Shown here: positions 9,414 through 17,868 of the stretch, in pieces | How the letters are laid out: each line of letters opens with the position of its first letter | Position numbering within the stretch: the stretch's first letter is position 1 | NCBI GenBank assembly: GCA_000993595.1 | Contig: LBWJ01000009.1 | Coordinates: forward strand, 5,935 to 69,934 | Direction of reading: 5' to 3' | DNA: 64,000 nucleotides | DNA from: Candidatus Peregrinibacteria bacterium GW2011_GWC2_39_14 | GTDB taxonomy: Bacteria > Patescibacteriota > Gracilibacteria > UBA1369 > UBA12463 | The notes under the pieces: model-generated | Databases searched by the model: none | What the model saw: only the letters and a program-made list of their open reading frames with translations | Told to the model about the DNA's origin: nothing | Translations under genes and position numbers: made by a program

Positions 9414-11126
9414 TTATGCGACTGCTGCCGATTCAAACGACTCTACCGCCTCTTGGTTTACAGTCGGACTATCCGCCACAATCGGCTCAACTACAACCGC
9501 CGCCTTGCTTTTTGCCGCCTTCTTTTTCCCTTCCGACATATTCTCGTTACGCATCATCCATAAGTCCAATAGCTCTTTATATGCTTCGATTTTTTCCGCA
9601 CTAAATCCAAGCTTATGCATAGCTTTTTTTATAAGTGGCCTAATTGTATCTTTCACAACCTGATCAACCCTTTGCTTATCGCATCCACATTCATACGCAA
9701 TATCGCTATTTGTTACATCTGCCCATGGCATATCATAAAGATCCAGCCTTCTTAAAAACATATACAGGTCTCTATCGTCCATATCTTCCCTGCTTAAATT
9801 TGATCTGTTCGTTGAGAACCTGTTTTTGATCATCCCCTTAACAATTCTAAGTACTTCCATAAAATTCTTGGATTCAAATCTAATCGCCACGTTCATTTCC
9901 GCCTCATTACAGCCAAGATCGCTCAACCCCTCTGATAGAATTATTCTTTCCAAGTCATGGTTTGCCGGGACATAATCGCCGCTCTCATCCTGAATCGTAT
10001 CGGATGTTGAAAATTCTCTTATATCATCGATACCTAATATCCTTTTTACGTCTTTAATGCTTCTGCCTGTCATTTCCATTATATCGCCTATTGATAGTGA
10101 CTTTCCTTCGGATTCCGCCTCTCTCATGGCTTTTTTTATACTGGCCAATAGCTCCATCTCCCAATATGGTATCCCAACCATGTGCCTGTCTCTTTCTAAA
10201 AATCTTCTTATGTAAGCCGTTATCCACCAATATGCGTATGTTGAAAATTCAGCCCTCCTCAGTTCTATTTTTTTGATCGTACGTTCTAAGCCTCTCAATC
10301 CTTCCTGAATAACGTCCCAAAATATAGCATCACCCTGACGAACTCTAAATTTATTTGCACACCAAACTACTAATCTAAAATTTCTTTTTATCAATTCATT
10401 AGTGGCTATTCTTGAGATTTCCGGGTCACTGCATTTAGCTCTAACCAGCATTCTACGCTGATCTCCACGCGATAAAGGCGAATATGCAAACAATTGATCA
10501 CCAAGGCTTACGAACGTTTTACCGTCATCTTTCAATTTAGCAACACATCCTTTCGCTTCTTCCAGCACTTCGTCCGCTGAACCTTCACCAATGCCCGCTT
10601 CCCCTTCTATATCATCGTCAATATCCCATCCATTAGCATCCACTTTTTCACATAATTTGAGCTTAGCTCGACTTTTATTTATAGCTTTTCTTTTAGTCAA
10701 CCTGTATTTGCCTTTACCGTCCGACTCCATTACTAAATCCAATTTATACAACTTGTGATGCGTAATTTTAACTAATCTTTCAAGCGCCTTCAGCAAAAAT
10801 TTTTCCATATACAATCCGTGAAAAATATAATTTACGTCCTCTAAATCAATCCATGTTTCAATTGGCGAATCAGAAAAACATCGATCTATTATTGCGTATG
10901 TCACGGTTTGTGTAGCTGTAATTTGCCTGCCCCAGCTCCTTATTTCTTCACTATTCTCAACGTCTTCCGGATTAATCAAACATGCGTGCCTCATGCAAAG
11001 TGCGATCTCTCCGTGCTTCATTCTTGTTAAAACTGTTAAATCGTGTCCATTTAAAGGCGCGGCTCTATGCACAGGATCAAATTCCTGCTCAACAAGGTCC
11101 TGCAATGCATCACGTAATGCTCTCAT
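9414..11126 (-). CDS. Divergent sigma-70 family factor with unique N-terminal extension
   Basis: NELIKRNFRLVV, DVIQEGLRGLERTIKK, FSTYAYWWITAYIRR, VGIP; region 4 DRDLYMFLRR...IAYECGCDKQRVDQ. Confidence 0.85.
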   Translation of the reverse strand: MRALRDALQDLVEQEFDPVHRAAPLNGHDLTVLTRMKHGEIALCMRHACLINPEDVENSEEIRSWGRQITATQTVTYAIIDRCFSDSPIETWIDLEDVNYIFHGLYMEKFLLKALERLVKITHHKLYKLDLVMESDGKGKYRLTKRKAINKSRAKLKLCEKVDANGWDIDDDIEGEAGIGEGSADEVLEEAKGCVAKLKDDGKTFVSLGDQLFAYSPLSRGDQRRMLVRAKCSDPEISRIATNELIKRNFRLVVWCANKFRVRQGDAIFWDVIQEGLRGLERTIKKIELRRAEFSTYAYWWITAYIRRFLERDRHMVGIPYWEMELLASIKKAMREAESEGKSLSIGDIMEMTGRSIKDVKRILGIDDIREFSTSDTIQDESGDYVPANHDLERIILSEGLSDLGCNEAEMNVAIRFESKNFMEVLRIVKGMIKNRFSTNRSNLSREDMDDRDLYMFLRRLDLYDMPWADVTNSDIAYECGCDKQRVDQVVKDTIRPLIKKAMHKLGFSAEKIEAYKELLDLWMMRNENMSEGKKKAAKSKAAVVVEPIVADSPTVNQEAVESFESAAVA

Positions 11127-11239
11127 TTATGTGTTTTTAGCTCTAAAAATTTGCCTTTCAGCAAATTGGATATAATTTAAACATAAACTTGGTTTGAAGT
11201 CAAGCTAAATAGGGTGCGGTTGTCTGAGGCGAAATTTGC

Positions 11240-11653
11240 CTACTTATTCATCTTCGCCAAAACCAATCCTCCGACGTATTCCTGAACGAAGGATGAGAGC
11301 GTCCAAGATGCGATCATAAGTAGCGAAACTTTGAAGCTTGCATATGAAATGAACATGCCCGGAAATGTTGTGACAAAGAATAATGCGAGTGAGAACATTA
11401 ATGCTCTTTTCCAGATGCTTCCTTTAAAAAGCGATTTTGTTTTGTTCCAAGTCCATGCAAATGCGATACCCATAATAAAAGGGCTGATAAAATAAAGTGA
11501 CATTAGCGGCTCTGTCCAAGCGCGGAAAACGCCGCTTGTTTCGTATTCGCTCATCAGGCCGGGAAAAACCCAGTTGAAGCCTTGATCAAAAAGCATGCCA
11601 AAAACGAGCATTGCGAGGCCGGCAAGCAGGCCCAGGAGGAAAACTTTTTTCAT
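11240..11653 (-). CDS. Four-TM membrane protein of unknown function
   Basis: Hydrophobic 137-aa ORF. Confidence 0.7.
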   Translation of the reverse strand: MKKVFLLGLLAGLAMLVFGMLFDQGFNWVFPGLMSEYETSGVFRAWTEPLMSLYFISPFIMGIAFAWTWNKTKSLFKGSIWKRALMFSLALFFVTTFPGMFISYASFKVSLLMIASWTLSSFVQEYVGGLVLAKMNK

Positions 11654-11695
11654 GGGGGTGGGGTTATTTATACTGAGACAATTATAATATGGAAA

Positions 11696-12238
11696 TTATT
11701 GGGGCGCTACAAATCTCTGCAAATCGTCTATACCTATAAAGTGCCGATAATTTGCCTTTTGTATCAAAGAATACGATGGATTATCCTTGAAACTCACGAT
11801 TTCAACTGCTTTATTTTTGCGACGAACCATATCGATTGCCGGAGCCAAATCACCGTCCGAACTTACAAGAAGCGCTTTATCATAATGATTTTCGTATGCA
11901 CCTTCGACCAAATCGATTGCGATTCTAACATCTACGCCTTTTTCCGTGAAAACGTTGCCGATTCTTCTTATTCGCCCTTTTACTATATGAAATTCCGCCA
12001 CTCTTAATCTGCAAAATAATTCTTTTTGAAACCAATACAGCCTTTCACTCTTCAAATCGCCTCTCTTTTTTATAACATGCCCTATGTAATATCTGACACC
12101 CTCTAATCTCCTGTCCCCAACAAAGCTATCTATAAAAGCCTTGAAATCAAAATTTACACTACTACAATTATTTCTCTTGAGATTGTAATATAGATTTGAC
12201 CCATCTATATAAACATAAACCCTTTCTTCTTTATTCAT
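11696..12238 (-). CDS. NYN domain (LabA/DUF88, PIN-like) ribonuclease
   Basis: YIDGSNLY, EKGVDVRIAIDL, LVSSDGDLAP motifs; ATG 12238 preferred over TTG 12250. Confidence 0.92.
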   Translation of the reverse strand: MNKEERVYVYIDGSNLYYNLKRNNCSSVNFDFKAFIDSFVGDRRLEGVRYYIGHVIKKRGDLKSERLYWFQKELFCRLRVAEFHIVKGRIRRIGNVFTEKGVDVRIAIDLVEGAYENHYDKALLVSSDGDLAPAIDMVRRKNKAVEIVSFKDNPSYSLIQKANYRHFIGIDDLQRFVAPQ

Positions 12239-12249
12239 ATATTTAAACA

Positions 12250-12341
12250 AATAAAAAACACGCCGTTGAATAACTGAGTTCTCCTAAACGGCGTGGGGTT
12301 TAAGTAATTTAAATGTTAGACCCGGTTTTGAGCGAAGTCAA
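12250..12341 (-). promoter_or_regulatory. Promoter and leader with terminator hairpin upstream of the NYN gene
   Basis: TTGACT(12336-41)-17-TAACAT(12313-18); leader CACGCCGTT...AACGGCGTG followed by TTTTTT. Confidence 0.65.
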
Positions 12342-12411
12342 TGTTTGTCAGGAAAATGTTAGGGGAATGTTAGGTGGGGTTTTATGCGCGCTCACTCCCA
12401 CACCGCCGCCC

Positions 12412-12810
12412 CTATTCTATAATGCTTTGCGCCATCTTCCTCAACTGCTCCGGATCGTTTTTCAAATCAACGTGAACGAATTTATAGATTATTCTGCGCT
12501 CTTTCAATACGGCCATCTCGGCTTCCATAATGTAATCGTCAAACCATCGAAAGTCTTCGGTGAAGTCGATTCCGTCGGTTTTTAATGTAGTCCAAGTGGT
12601 TGGTTTTATCTTTCTGGCATAGCCTAAGGCTTTTCCGGATATTTTGCCTTTCAGATGCTCGATGACGGGTTCGGTGTCGCCGTTACAATGAGTTGTAAGC
12701 CAAAAGCAATTGTGCTCGGTGGTGACATATTCGAGGAATTCTTCAAGAAATAAGGCGGGATTGCCTTCTTTGGTTATGAGGGTGCCGTCGACGTCGAGGT
12801 AGATGTTCAT
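12412..12810 (-). CDS. Small HAD-superfamily protein
   Basis: YLDVDGTL motif I, LTT motif II, K and FDD motif IV. Confidence 0.75.
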   Translation of the reverse strand: MNIYLDVDGTLITKEGNPALFLEEFLEYVTTEHNCFWLTTHCNGDTEPVIEHLKGKISGKALGYARKIKPTTWTTLKTDGIDFTEDFRWFDDYIMEAEMAVLKERRIIYKFVHVDLKNDPEQLRKMAQSIIE

Positions 12811-12824
12811 GAGGAGAGTATACG

Positions 12825-13267
12825 CTATTTCTTTTCCGGATTCTTTAAGAAGTTCTGCTTTGTTATAACAGATCGCCCCAATCTTTCTTCAAGCTTTTTG
12901 CGTGCACCGCCCGCGATATCGCCACCTGCGTGAGCATCACTCTTCAATTTTGGAATTCCTTTAGAATCTTCATTGCGATGAATTTCCGTTGTAGCACGTT
13001 CGCCAAGCATATTGAAAATTAGTTCGAAATCATTCATATGGTCGCGCAGATTCTCACGCTTAAGACCTTTCAATGTCTTATATTCACTTGGGGCAAGACC
13101 GAATGTGGCTTTTGATATTTCAGTTGTCTACAAATTGTAGATAACTGAAAATCACCCTCACTCTGCACCCTTGCCTTCATGGCTGTCCAATAAGCACTAG
13201 CTCTCTCGCTGTCGGTTAAAACCTCAATGACATCAACCACTGAAAACCACCATTTATCTTGAAATAT
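12825..13267 (-). pseudogene. Bro-N family antirepressor relic with internal deletion
   Basis: One frame reads KWWFSVVDVIEVLTDS...YW...LSTICRQLK; a shifted frame continues TEISKATFGLAPSEYKTLKGLKRENLRDHM; no start codon and the middle part is missing. Confidence 0.8.
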
Positions 13268-13294
13268 TCACAATCCTTGGAGGCAGTAATGCGC

Positions 13295-13645
13295 TTAGTT
13301 ATGGCATTTTAAATATTCCTGAATTCGCGCATCATCTTCTCTGGATTTTTGGTTTTTGAGGTAGATTTCAATGAAATCGATGCAATCTTCGCAAACACAA
13401 AAAGAGAAAACGAGCCTTGTTTTGCTTGATCCTTTCAGGCTTCTTACCATTAACCGCGTTTTGATTATTTTGATCTGCTTTCGGCTATCTTCCGTCAAAA
13501 TGACAAACCTTTTATTTTTGGAAAAGTCGACTCCCGGAATGAATTTTTCGAAATTTTTTAAATCTTGCTCCAAAGATGGTATTTTCTTTTTTAAACTTTT
13601 CAAATCCCTCAAGAAATCGTCCAAATAATTAAATTTCATCCTCAT
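13295..13645 (-). CDS. Putative RelE/ParE-like toxin
   Basis: 116 aa, F-x-RDLKSL-KK N-terminus, KTRL...KGSSKTRLVF...IEIYLK; overlaps the antitoxin stop. Confidence 0.6.
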   Translation of the reverse strand: MRMKFNYLDDFLRDLKSLKKKIPSLEQDLKNFEKFIPGVDFSKNKRFVILTEDSRKQIKIIKTRLMVRSLKGSSKTRLVFSFCVCEDCIDFIEIYLKNQKSREDDARIQEYLKCHN

Positions 13646-14351
13646 ATTGTCTTACGGAATATGGATCGTTGCGATAGAATACGCTTTCATAGCTGATCTC
13701 TTCGCCTTCTTCGTGAGTCATCCAAGGAACATCACCATGCGAATAATCGCTTAATTCTTTTGCGGATTTATCTGAGAGCCTTCCTAAAACGGAGTTAATT
13801 ATTTCGATCTCTCTGCCGTTTAATTTTGATAAATCCGTAGCGATGCGCGGTAGATATTTTCGCTGTTCGTACTTGAAATACTGGCTTTTCACCTCTTCCA
13901 GCTCCCCGATTCTTTTCATTTCTTCAACGACTTTGATGAATTCTTTTGGAGTTGGACCATGATGATTTTTTATGTATGTTAAGCCCATTAACTGCTCTTC
14001 GTATTTTTCGTAATAATCAAAATCTATGAAGTATAGAAGCTTATAAAGCACGGTTAATCCGATGTTTGGCTTACCGCCTACTTTTTCGAGTATATAAAGC
14101 AATACTTGTTTGAATTTATCGAGCTTTTTTTGCGGGATATCGATCCTCATATCGCTTTTTTCTTCGGACTTCTGGTTTTGAATCAAGCCGAATATTTCTT
14201 GAATTTTTTGTTTTTCGTCGAGCTTTAAAGGACGCGTTCCTTTTTCCAAACTGATGAGCGTCGGACGAGAGAGGTTTAGCCTTCTGGCAAGCTCTTCTTG
14301 AGACATGCCGAACTGATGGCGAAGCTCTTTGATGTTGATTGAGTTGTTCAT
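13629..14351 (-). CDS. XRE-HTH + DUF4065 (Panacea/SocA-like) antitoxin
   Basis: SQEELARRLNLSRPTLISLEKG; LYKLLYFIDF, HGPTP, LSDYSHGDVPW. Confidence 0.88.
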   Translation of the reverse strand: MNNSINIKELRHQFGMSQEELARRLNLSRPTLISLEKGTRPLKLDEKQKIQEIFGLIQNQKSEEKSDMRIDIPQKKLDKFKQVLLYILEKVGGKPNIGLTVLYKLLYFIDFDYYEKYEEQLMGLTYIKNHHGPTPKEFIKVVEEMKRIGELEEVKSQYFKYEQRKYLPRIATDLSKLNGREIEIINSVLGRLSDKSAKELSDYSHGDVPWMTHEEGEEISYESVFYRNDPYSVRQYEDEI

Positions 14352-14377
14352 AAAGGGGTTTTAATGAAAGCGAGGGT

Positions 14378-14425
14378 AGTATAGTCTGTGTGGAGGAAAA
14401 TGTCAAATTTTACAAAATATTGACA
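14378..14425 (-). promoter_or_regulatory. Promoter of TA pair 1 with TGTCAA...TTGACA inverted boxes
   Basis: TTGACA(14401-06)-17-TATACT(14378-83). Confidence 0.7.
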
Positions 14426-14523
14426 GGAAGTTGACGGGAAGTATACGCTAAGTGGAAAATACGCCTGTATCCACCCACTTTTTAACACCACTTCCTCAGC
14501 TCCGAAAACCCACTCTTCACCTG

Positions 14524-14895
14524 CTACAAAACCCACTGGGTTTCTGTGCATTTTTTGTCGCAATGGTTTTTGCTATAAACAAGCAGGATTTTTATGACGC
14601 CGGTGTTGTTACAGAGAGAAAAAACTACTCTGTTGCCTGAGGATTTGGGAGAAATGTTTGTGCCGGCGATCTTGAAGTCGTATTTGAAAATGCCGATAGA
14701 ATCTTCCTGCGAATATTTGAGCACATCAATCAAGCTTGTTTGCTGAACGAGAAAGGCTCTTTGCAAGGTATCAATAATGGTTTTTTTGGTTTCCAGCCAT
14801 TGCTTGCCTTTGTATTTTTTGCAAAAATCTCTGCAAAAATGAGATTCTGCGTACATCGAAAACTCCACTCGAAAAGCTAGGTCTTTAATAAACAT
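14524..14895 (-). CDS. Putative toxin, distant RelE-like
   Basis: IFKYDFKIAG...SGNRVVF...IKILLVYSK; ATG 14895 overlaps the antitoxin end. Confidence 0.55.
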   Translation of the reverse strand: MFIKDLAFRVEFSMYAESHFCRDFCKKYKGKQWLETKKTIIDTLQRAFLVQQTSLIDVLKYSQEDSIGIFKYDFKIAGTNISPKSSGNRVVFSLCNNTGVIKILLVYSKNHCDKKCTETQWVL

Positions 14896-15577
14896 TTTCC
14901 GGATCTTCGTTATTGATAAGCGCATAAGGGATGACTTCCCTATCTTTGCATATTTTCCATGGGATTTGGCGATGCGTGAAATCTACAACCTCTTGAGTGC
15001 TCGCTTTTTTCCACTTTTTACAGACAGCTTGCACGATTTTTCTTTCTTCATCGTTAAGAACCTTATCATCGGGCTCTTCGATAAGAGAAACCATAATTGC
15101 GTTTTCCTTTCTATCGACGCGGATAGACTCATCCTGATCAATGATATCAAAAAACTCAATGGCAACCGGACCTTGTGGCAATTTTTTATATTCAAAACCG
15201 GAAATAGGGTTTAAAGACTTATAATAACTGGCAAAATCGCAGAGATAAACCAATTTTGCGAGCTTGGTCTTGGTTATTTTGAAGTCCTCGCCTGATCCGT
15301 ATTTAATACATTGCAGAATTAGATTATGAAATTTATTAAAAGACTTTTCGCTGAAGCCCTGCGCGTTGATTTTTTCCGAGACTTTTAAATCCTCATCAAG
15401 GATAACCTCGACCGGAATGTCAAAAATCTCAGAAATCTTCCTCAATTCCGTTATTGTGATATCGCGTTCTCCTTTTTCTATAGCAATTAGAGTTGGACGA
15501 GACATCCCGAGCTTTTTTGATAGGTCCTCCTGTGAAAGTCCCGCGGATTTGCGTAGCTTTAAAATAAAATCTTTCAT
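14885..15577 (-). CDS. XRE-HTH + DUF4065 (Panacea) antitoxin, second copy
   Basis: SQEDLSKKLGMSRPTLIAIEKG; KTKLAKLVYLCDF, QGPV, FTHRQIPW; promoter TTGACA(15639-44)-18-TATAAT(15615-20). Confidence 0.88.
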   Translation of the reverse strand: MKDFILKLRKSAGLSQEDLSKKLGMSRPTLIAIEKGERDITITELRKISEIFDIPVEVILDEDLKVSEKINAQGFSEKSFNKFHNLILQCIKYGSGEDFKITKTKLAKLVYLCDFASYYKSLNPISGFEYKKLPQGPVAIEFFDIIDQDESIRVDRKENAIMVSLIEEPDDKVLNDEERKIVQAVCKKWKKASTQEVVDFTHRQIPWKICKDREVIPYALINNEDPENVY

Positions 15578-15720
15578 TATGGTATGGGTTAAATGTGGAT
15601 TAGATATCGTCCATATTATAGTCTTACTTGAGGTAGATTGTCAATGTTTTTGACTTTTTGGGGTGGGGTGGGGTGACTAGAGGGGCGTTTGTAAAAGAGT
15701 TTGACAAAATTAAAGTACTT

Positions 15721-16710
15721 TTATTTCTTCTTGGCTCGTTTCAAGAGTTTCGTCGCTTCTCTATCAAAGTCTGAAAGATAATTCTTGCCTTGGTCTTTTT
15801 TATAAATCTCATATTCGTGATCGGCCTTTTGTTCTGCGTCTTGAGCGCTGACGGCACCGGCGTTTTTCAAAACACCTTTGCCAAGAAGGGCTAAGTATTC
15901 GTCCAGCTTCTTTATCCAATCTTTCATAGTCATAGTGCGCTCACTTTTGGCTTGAATCTCGGCAAATGATAAATAAGCGTCCACGATTCGATTGAGCATT
16001 TCGAGCTCCTCTTCGTTTAAATAATTTTTCGCGATGTATATATCACGTTGAATTAGATGTAAACCTGAAAAACTTTTTAGTCCCATGAGTGGTTTTTTGT
16101 TATTCACACGTTCTGCAATGAGCTCGGCAGCGGTTTTGCCACTCACCGCAAAATGCATCTTGTTTTGAACGGTCTTAAAAAACAGCTCTGTTTCTTTTGC
16201 ATCTTTGCGATAATCAATGCTCGTTGCATATATATCAGTCACTTTTTGATATAGCATTCGCTCACTGCTACGGATATCACGAATGCGCTCTAACAATTCT
16301 TCGAAATAGCGCGACTTATAGCCTCCTTGCTTCAGCCTTATGTCGTCCATCGTAAATCCTTTCACCATATATTCTTTGAGTCGTTCTGTCGCCCACTTGC
16401 GGAACAGAATCCCACGATCGGAATTAACACGATAACCAACGGCAATAATGACCTCCAAGCTATACATCTTTGTTTTATATTTTTTACCATCCGTCGCAGT
16501 TATTAGGAAATCCCTAATAACTGAATCGATCATAAGTTCACCTGTTTTAAATATATTCGAAAGATGCTCGTTGATAGTCGGCACTGTGACGTCAAAAAGT
16601 TCCGCCATGAGCTTTTGCGTCAACCAAACGTTGTCGTGCTCAAATCGCACCTCAACTCGAGCTTTTCCGTCCTCGGTTTGATATAGAATGATTTGTGGTT
16701 TACCGTCCAT
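15721..16710 (-). CDS. Virulence RhuM family DNA-binding protein
   Basis: WLTQKLMAELF, IIAVGYRVNS, FRKWAT, RIRDIRSSE, VQNKMHFA, AKNYL. Confidence 0.92.
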   Translation of the reverse strand: MDGKPQIILYQTEDGKARVEVRFEHDNVWLTQKLMAELFDVTVPTINEHLSNIFKTGELMIDSVIRDFLITATDGKKYKTKMYSLEVIIAVGYRVNSDRGILFRKWATERLKEYMVKGFTMDDIRLKQGGYKSRYFEELLERIRDIRSSERMLYQKVTDIYATSIDYRKDAKETELFFKTVQNKMHFAVSGKTAAELIAERVNNKKPLMGLKSFSGLHLIQRDIYIAKNYLNEEELEMLNRIVDAYLSFAEIQAKSERTMTMKDWIKKLDEYLALLGKGVLKNAGAVSAQDAEQKADHEYEIYKKDQGKNYLSDFDREATKLLKRAKKK

Positions 16711-16736
16711 TGTATTGAAGTTATTTCTGTGCCCGT

Positions 16737-16765
16737 ATTATAGGTGAGCAAACGCTCACCGTCAA
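16737..16765 (-). promoter_or_regulatory. RhuM promoter with palindrome filling the spacer
   Basis: TTGACG(16760-65)-17-TATAAT(16737-42); GGTGAGC-AAAC-GCTCACC at 16743-60. Confidence 0.7.
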
Positions 16766-16809
16766 TATTATTTCAGACGATTCTGTTGCGGAATAGTTGG
16801 GATTATTTT

Positions 16810-17053
16810 CTCAACATATTTGCAATATTCACAATCCTCCCCCGCCTTTGGGACTTTATTACTCTTGAGGCATTTGTATATATTTTTGATGGTTTTTGGA
16901 ACCCAGGAATCAGAACCTTTGTATGGGAGAAGCAATTGTGTTCGGCAGTGACGTATTCGAGGAATTCTTCAAGAAATAAGGCGGGAATGCCGTCTTTGGT
17001 TATGAGGGTGCTGCCGATGTCGAGGCAGATGTTCATGAGGAGAGTATACGCTA
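16810..17053 (-). pseudogene. Chimeric relic: HAD gene 5' end fused to PD-(D/E)XK gene 3' end
   Basis: 16930-17053 matches about 12704-12827; 16810-16933 matches about 17902-18022. Confidence 0.88.
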
Positions 17054-17101
17054 AATCAGGTTACGCCGTTGCAATAAAGAAAATAATTGGCGTGCCGGAT
17101 C

Positions 17102-17605
17102 TTATCCCTCGGGCTTAAACATTGGAGCTAAGTCAAAAACCAAAGTATTTTCATCTATAACTTTAAACCCTATGTGTTCATAGAATTTCATAGCTTTTCC
17201 GTCAATAGCGTCAACCACTAATAACCTGCATGGTAAAAATGACTTCATTAAACGTGCTATTGAAATAACGAAATTGATTGCGCAACTGCCATAACCTTGC
17301 TTGTGTTGTCCCGCGTCAATAATCAGTTGTCCAATCCTGATTGCCGGTCGTTCAAATAGCCCTCTATTTTTAGGACTACTCAAGTATTTTTGCTTTACAC
17401 TGCATAAAGATAACGCCAAATAGCCTACACATTTATCTCCAGATCTTAGCTCAAAACACTTCGAAATATACTCTTTTTGGCATTTGATAGCCTTATTTTT
17501 AAAAAAAGAATATATGTCTTTATATTCATCAGTATATTTGAAATCCGGGCTTATTAATGTCCTATCATTGAATGGAATAAAATATAACTGTTTTTCACTC
17601 TTCAT
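17102..17605 (-). CDS. GNAT acetyltransferase toxin (AtaT/TacT-like)
   Basis: FFKNKA, VGYLAL, PAIRIGQLIID...QGYG, LVVDA, FYEHIGF. Confidence 0.82.
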   Translation of the reverse strand: MKSEKQLYFIPFNDRTLISPDFKYTDEYKDIYSFFKNKAIKCQKEYISKCFELRSGDKCVGYLALSLCSVKQKYLSSPKNRGLFERPAIRIGQLIIDAGQHKQGYGSCAINFVISIARLMKSFLPCRLLVVDAIDGKAMKFYEHIGFKVIDENTLVFDLAPMFKPEG

Positions 17606-17783
17606 CTGCTATGAATTTCACGTTTTGATCGAATCTTCTTGAACCTTCTAATAATTTTTTCTCAAAATCATTAAGCTCTGTTCTTTCATCATTCTCTCTA
17701 AGCATTCTTTCCAGTTTACCGAATGATTTTGCGGATAATATTATTGGAGATAATGGTGATTTTGATCGTGATTTTGTTTTCAT
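17595..17783 (-). CDS. Small putative antitoxin
   Basis: 62 aa, overlaps the GNAT start; IILSAKSFGKLERML resembles the DUF1778 C-terminal segment. Confidence 0.6.
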   Translation of the reverse strand: MKTKSRSKSPLSPIILSAKSFGKLERMLRENDERTELNDFEKKLLEGSRRFDQNVKFIADEE

Positions 17784-17868
17784 ACTTCAATGGTTAACAT
17801 AATAATTTTAGCACCCTAATATTATTTGTTTAATAAATGTTATTGCTAAAAAGGAGGGAATGTTTTAA

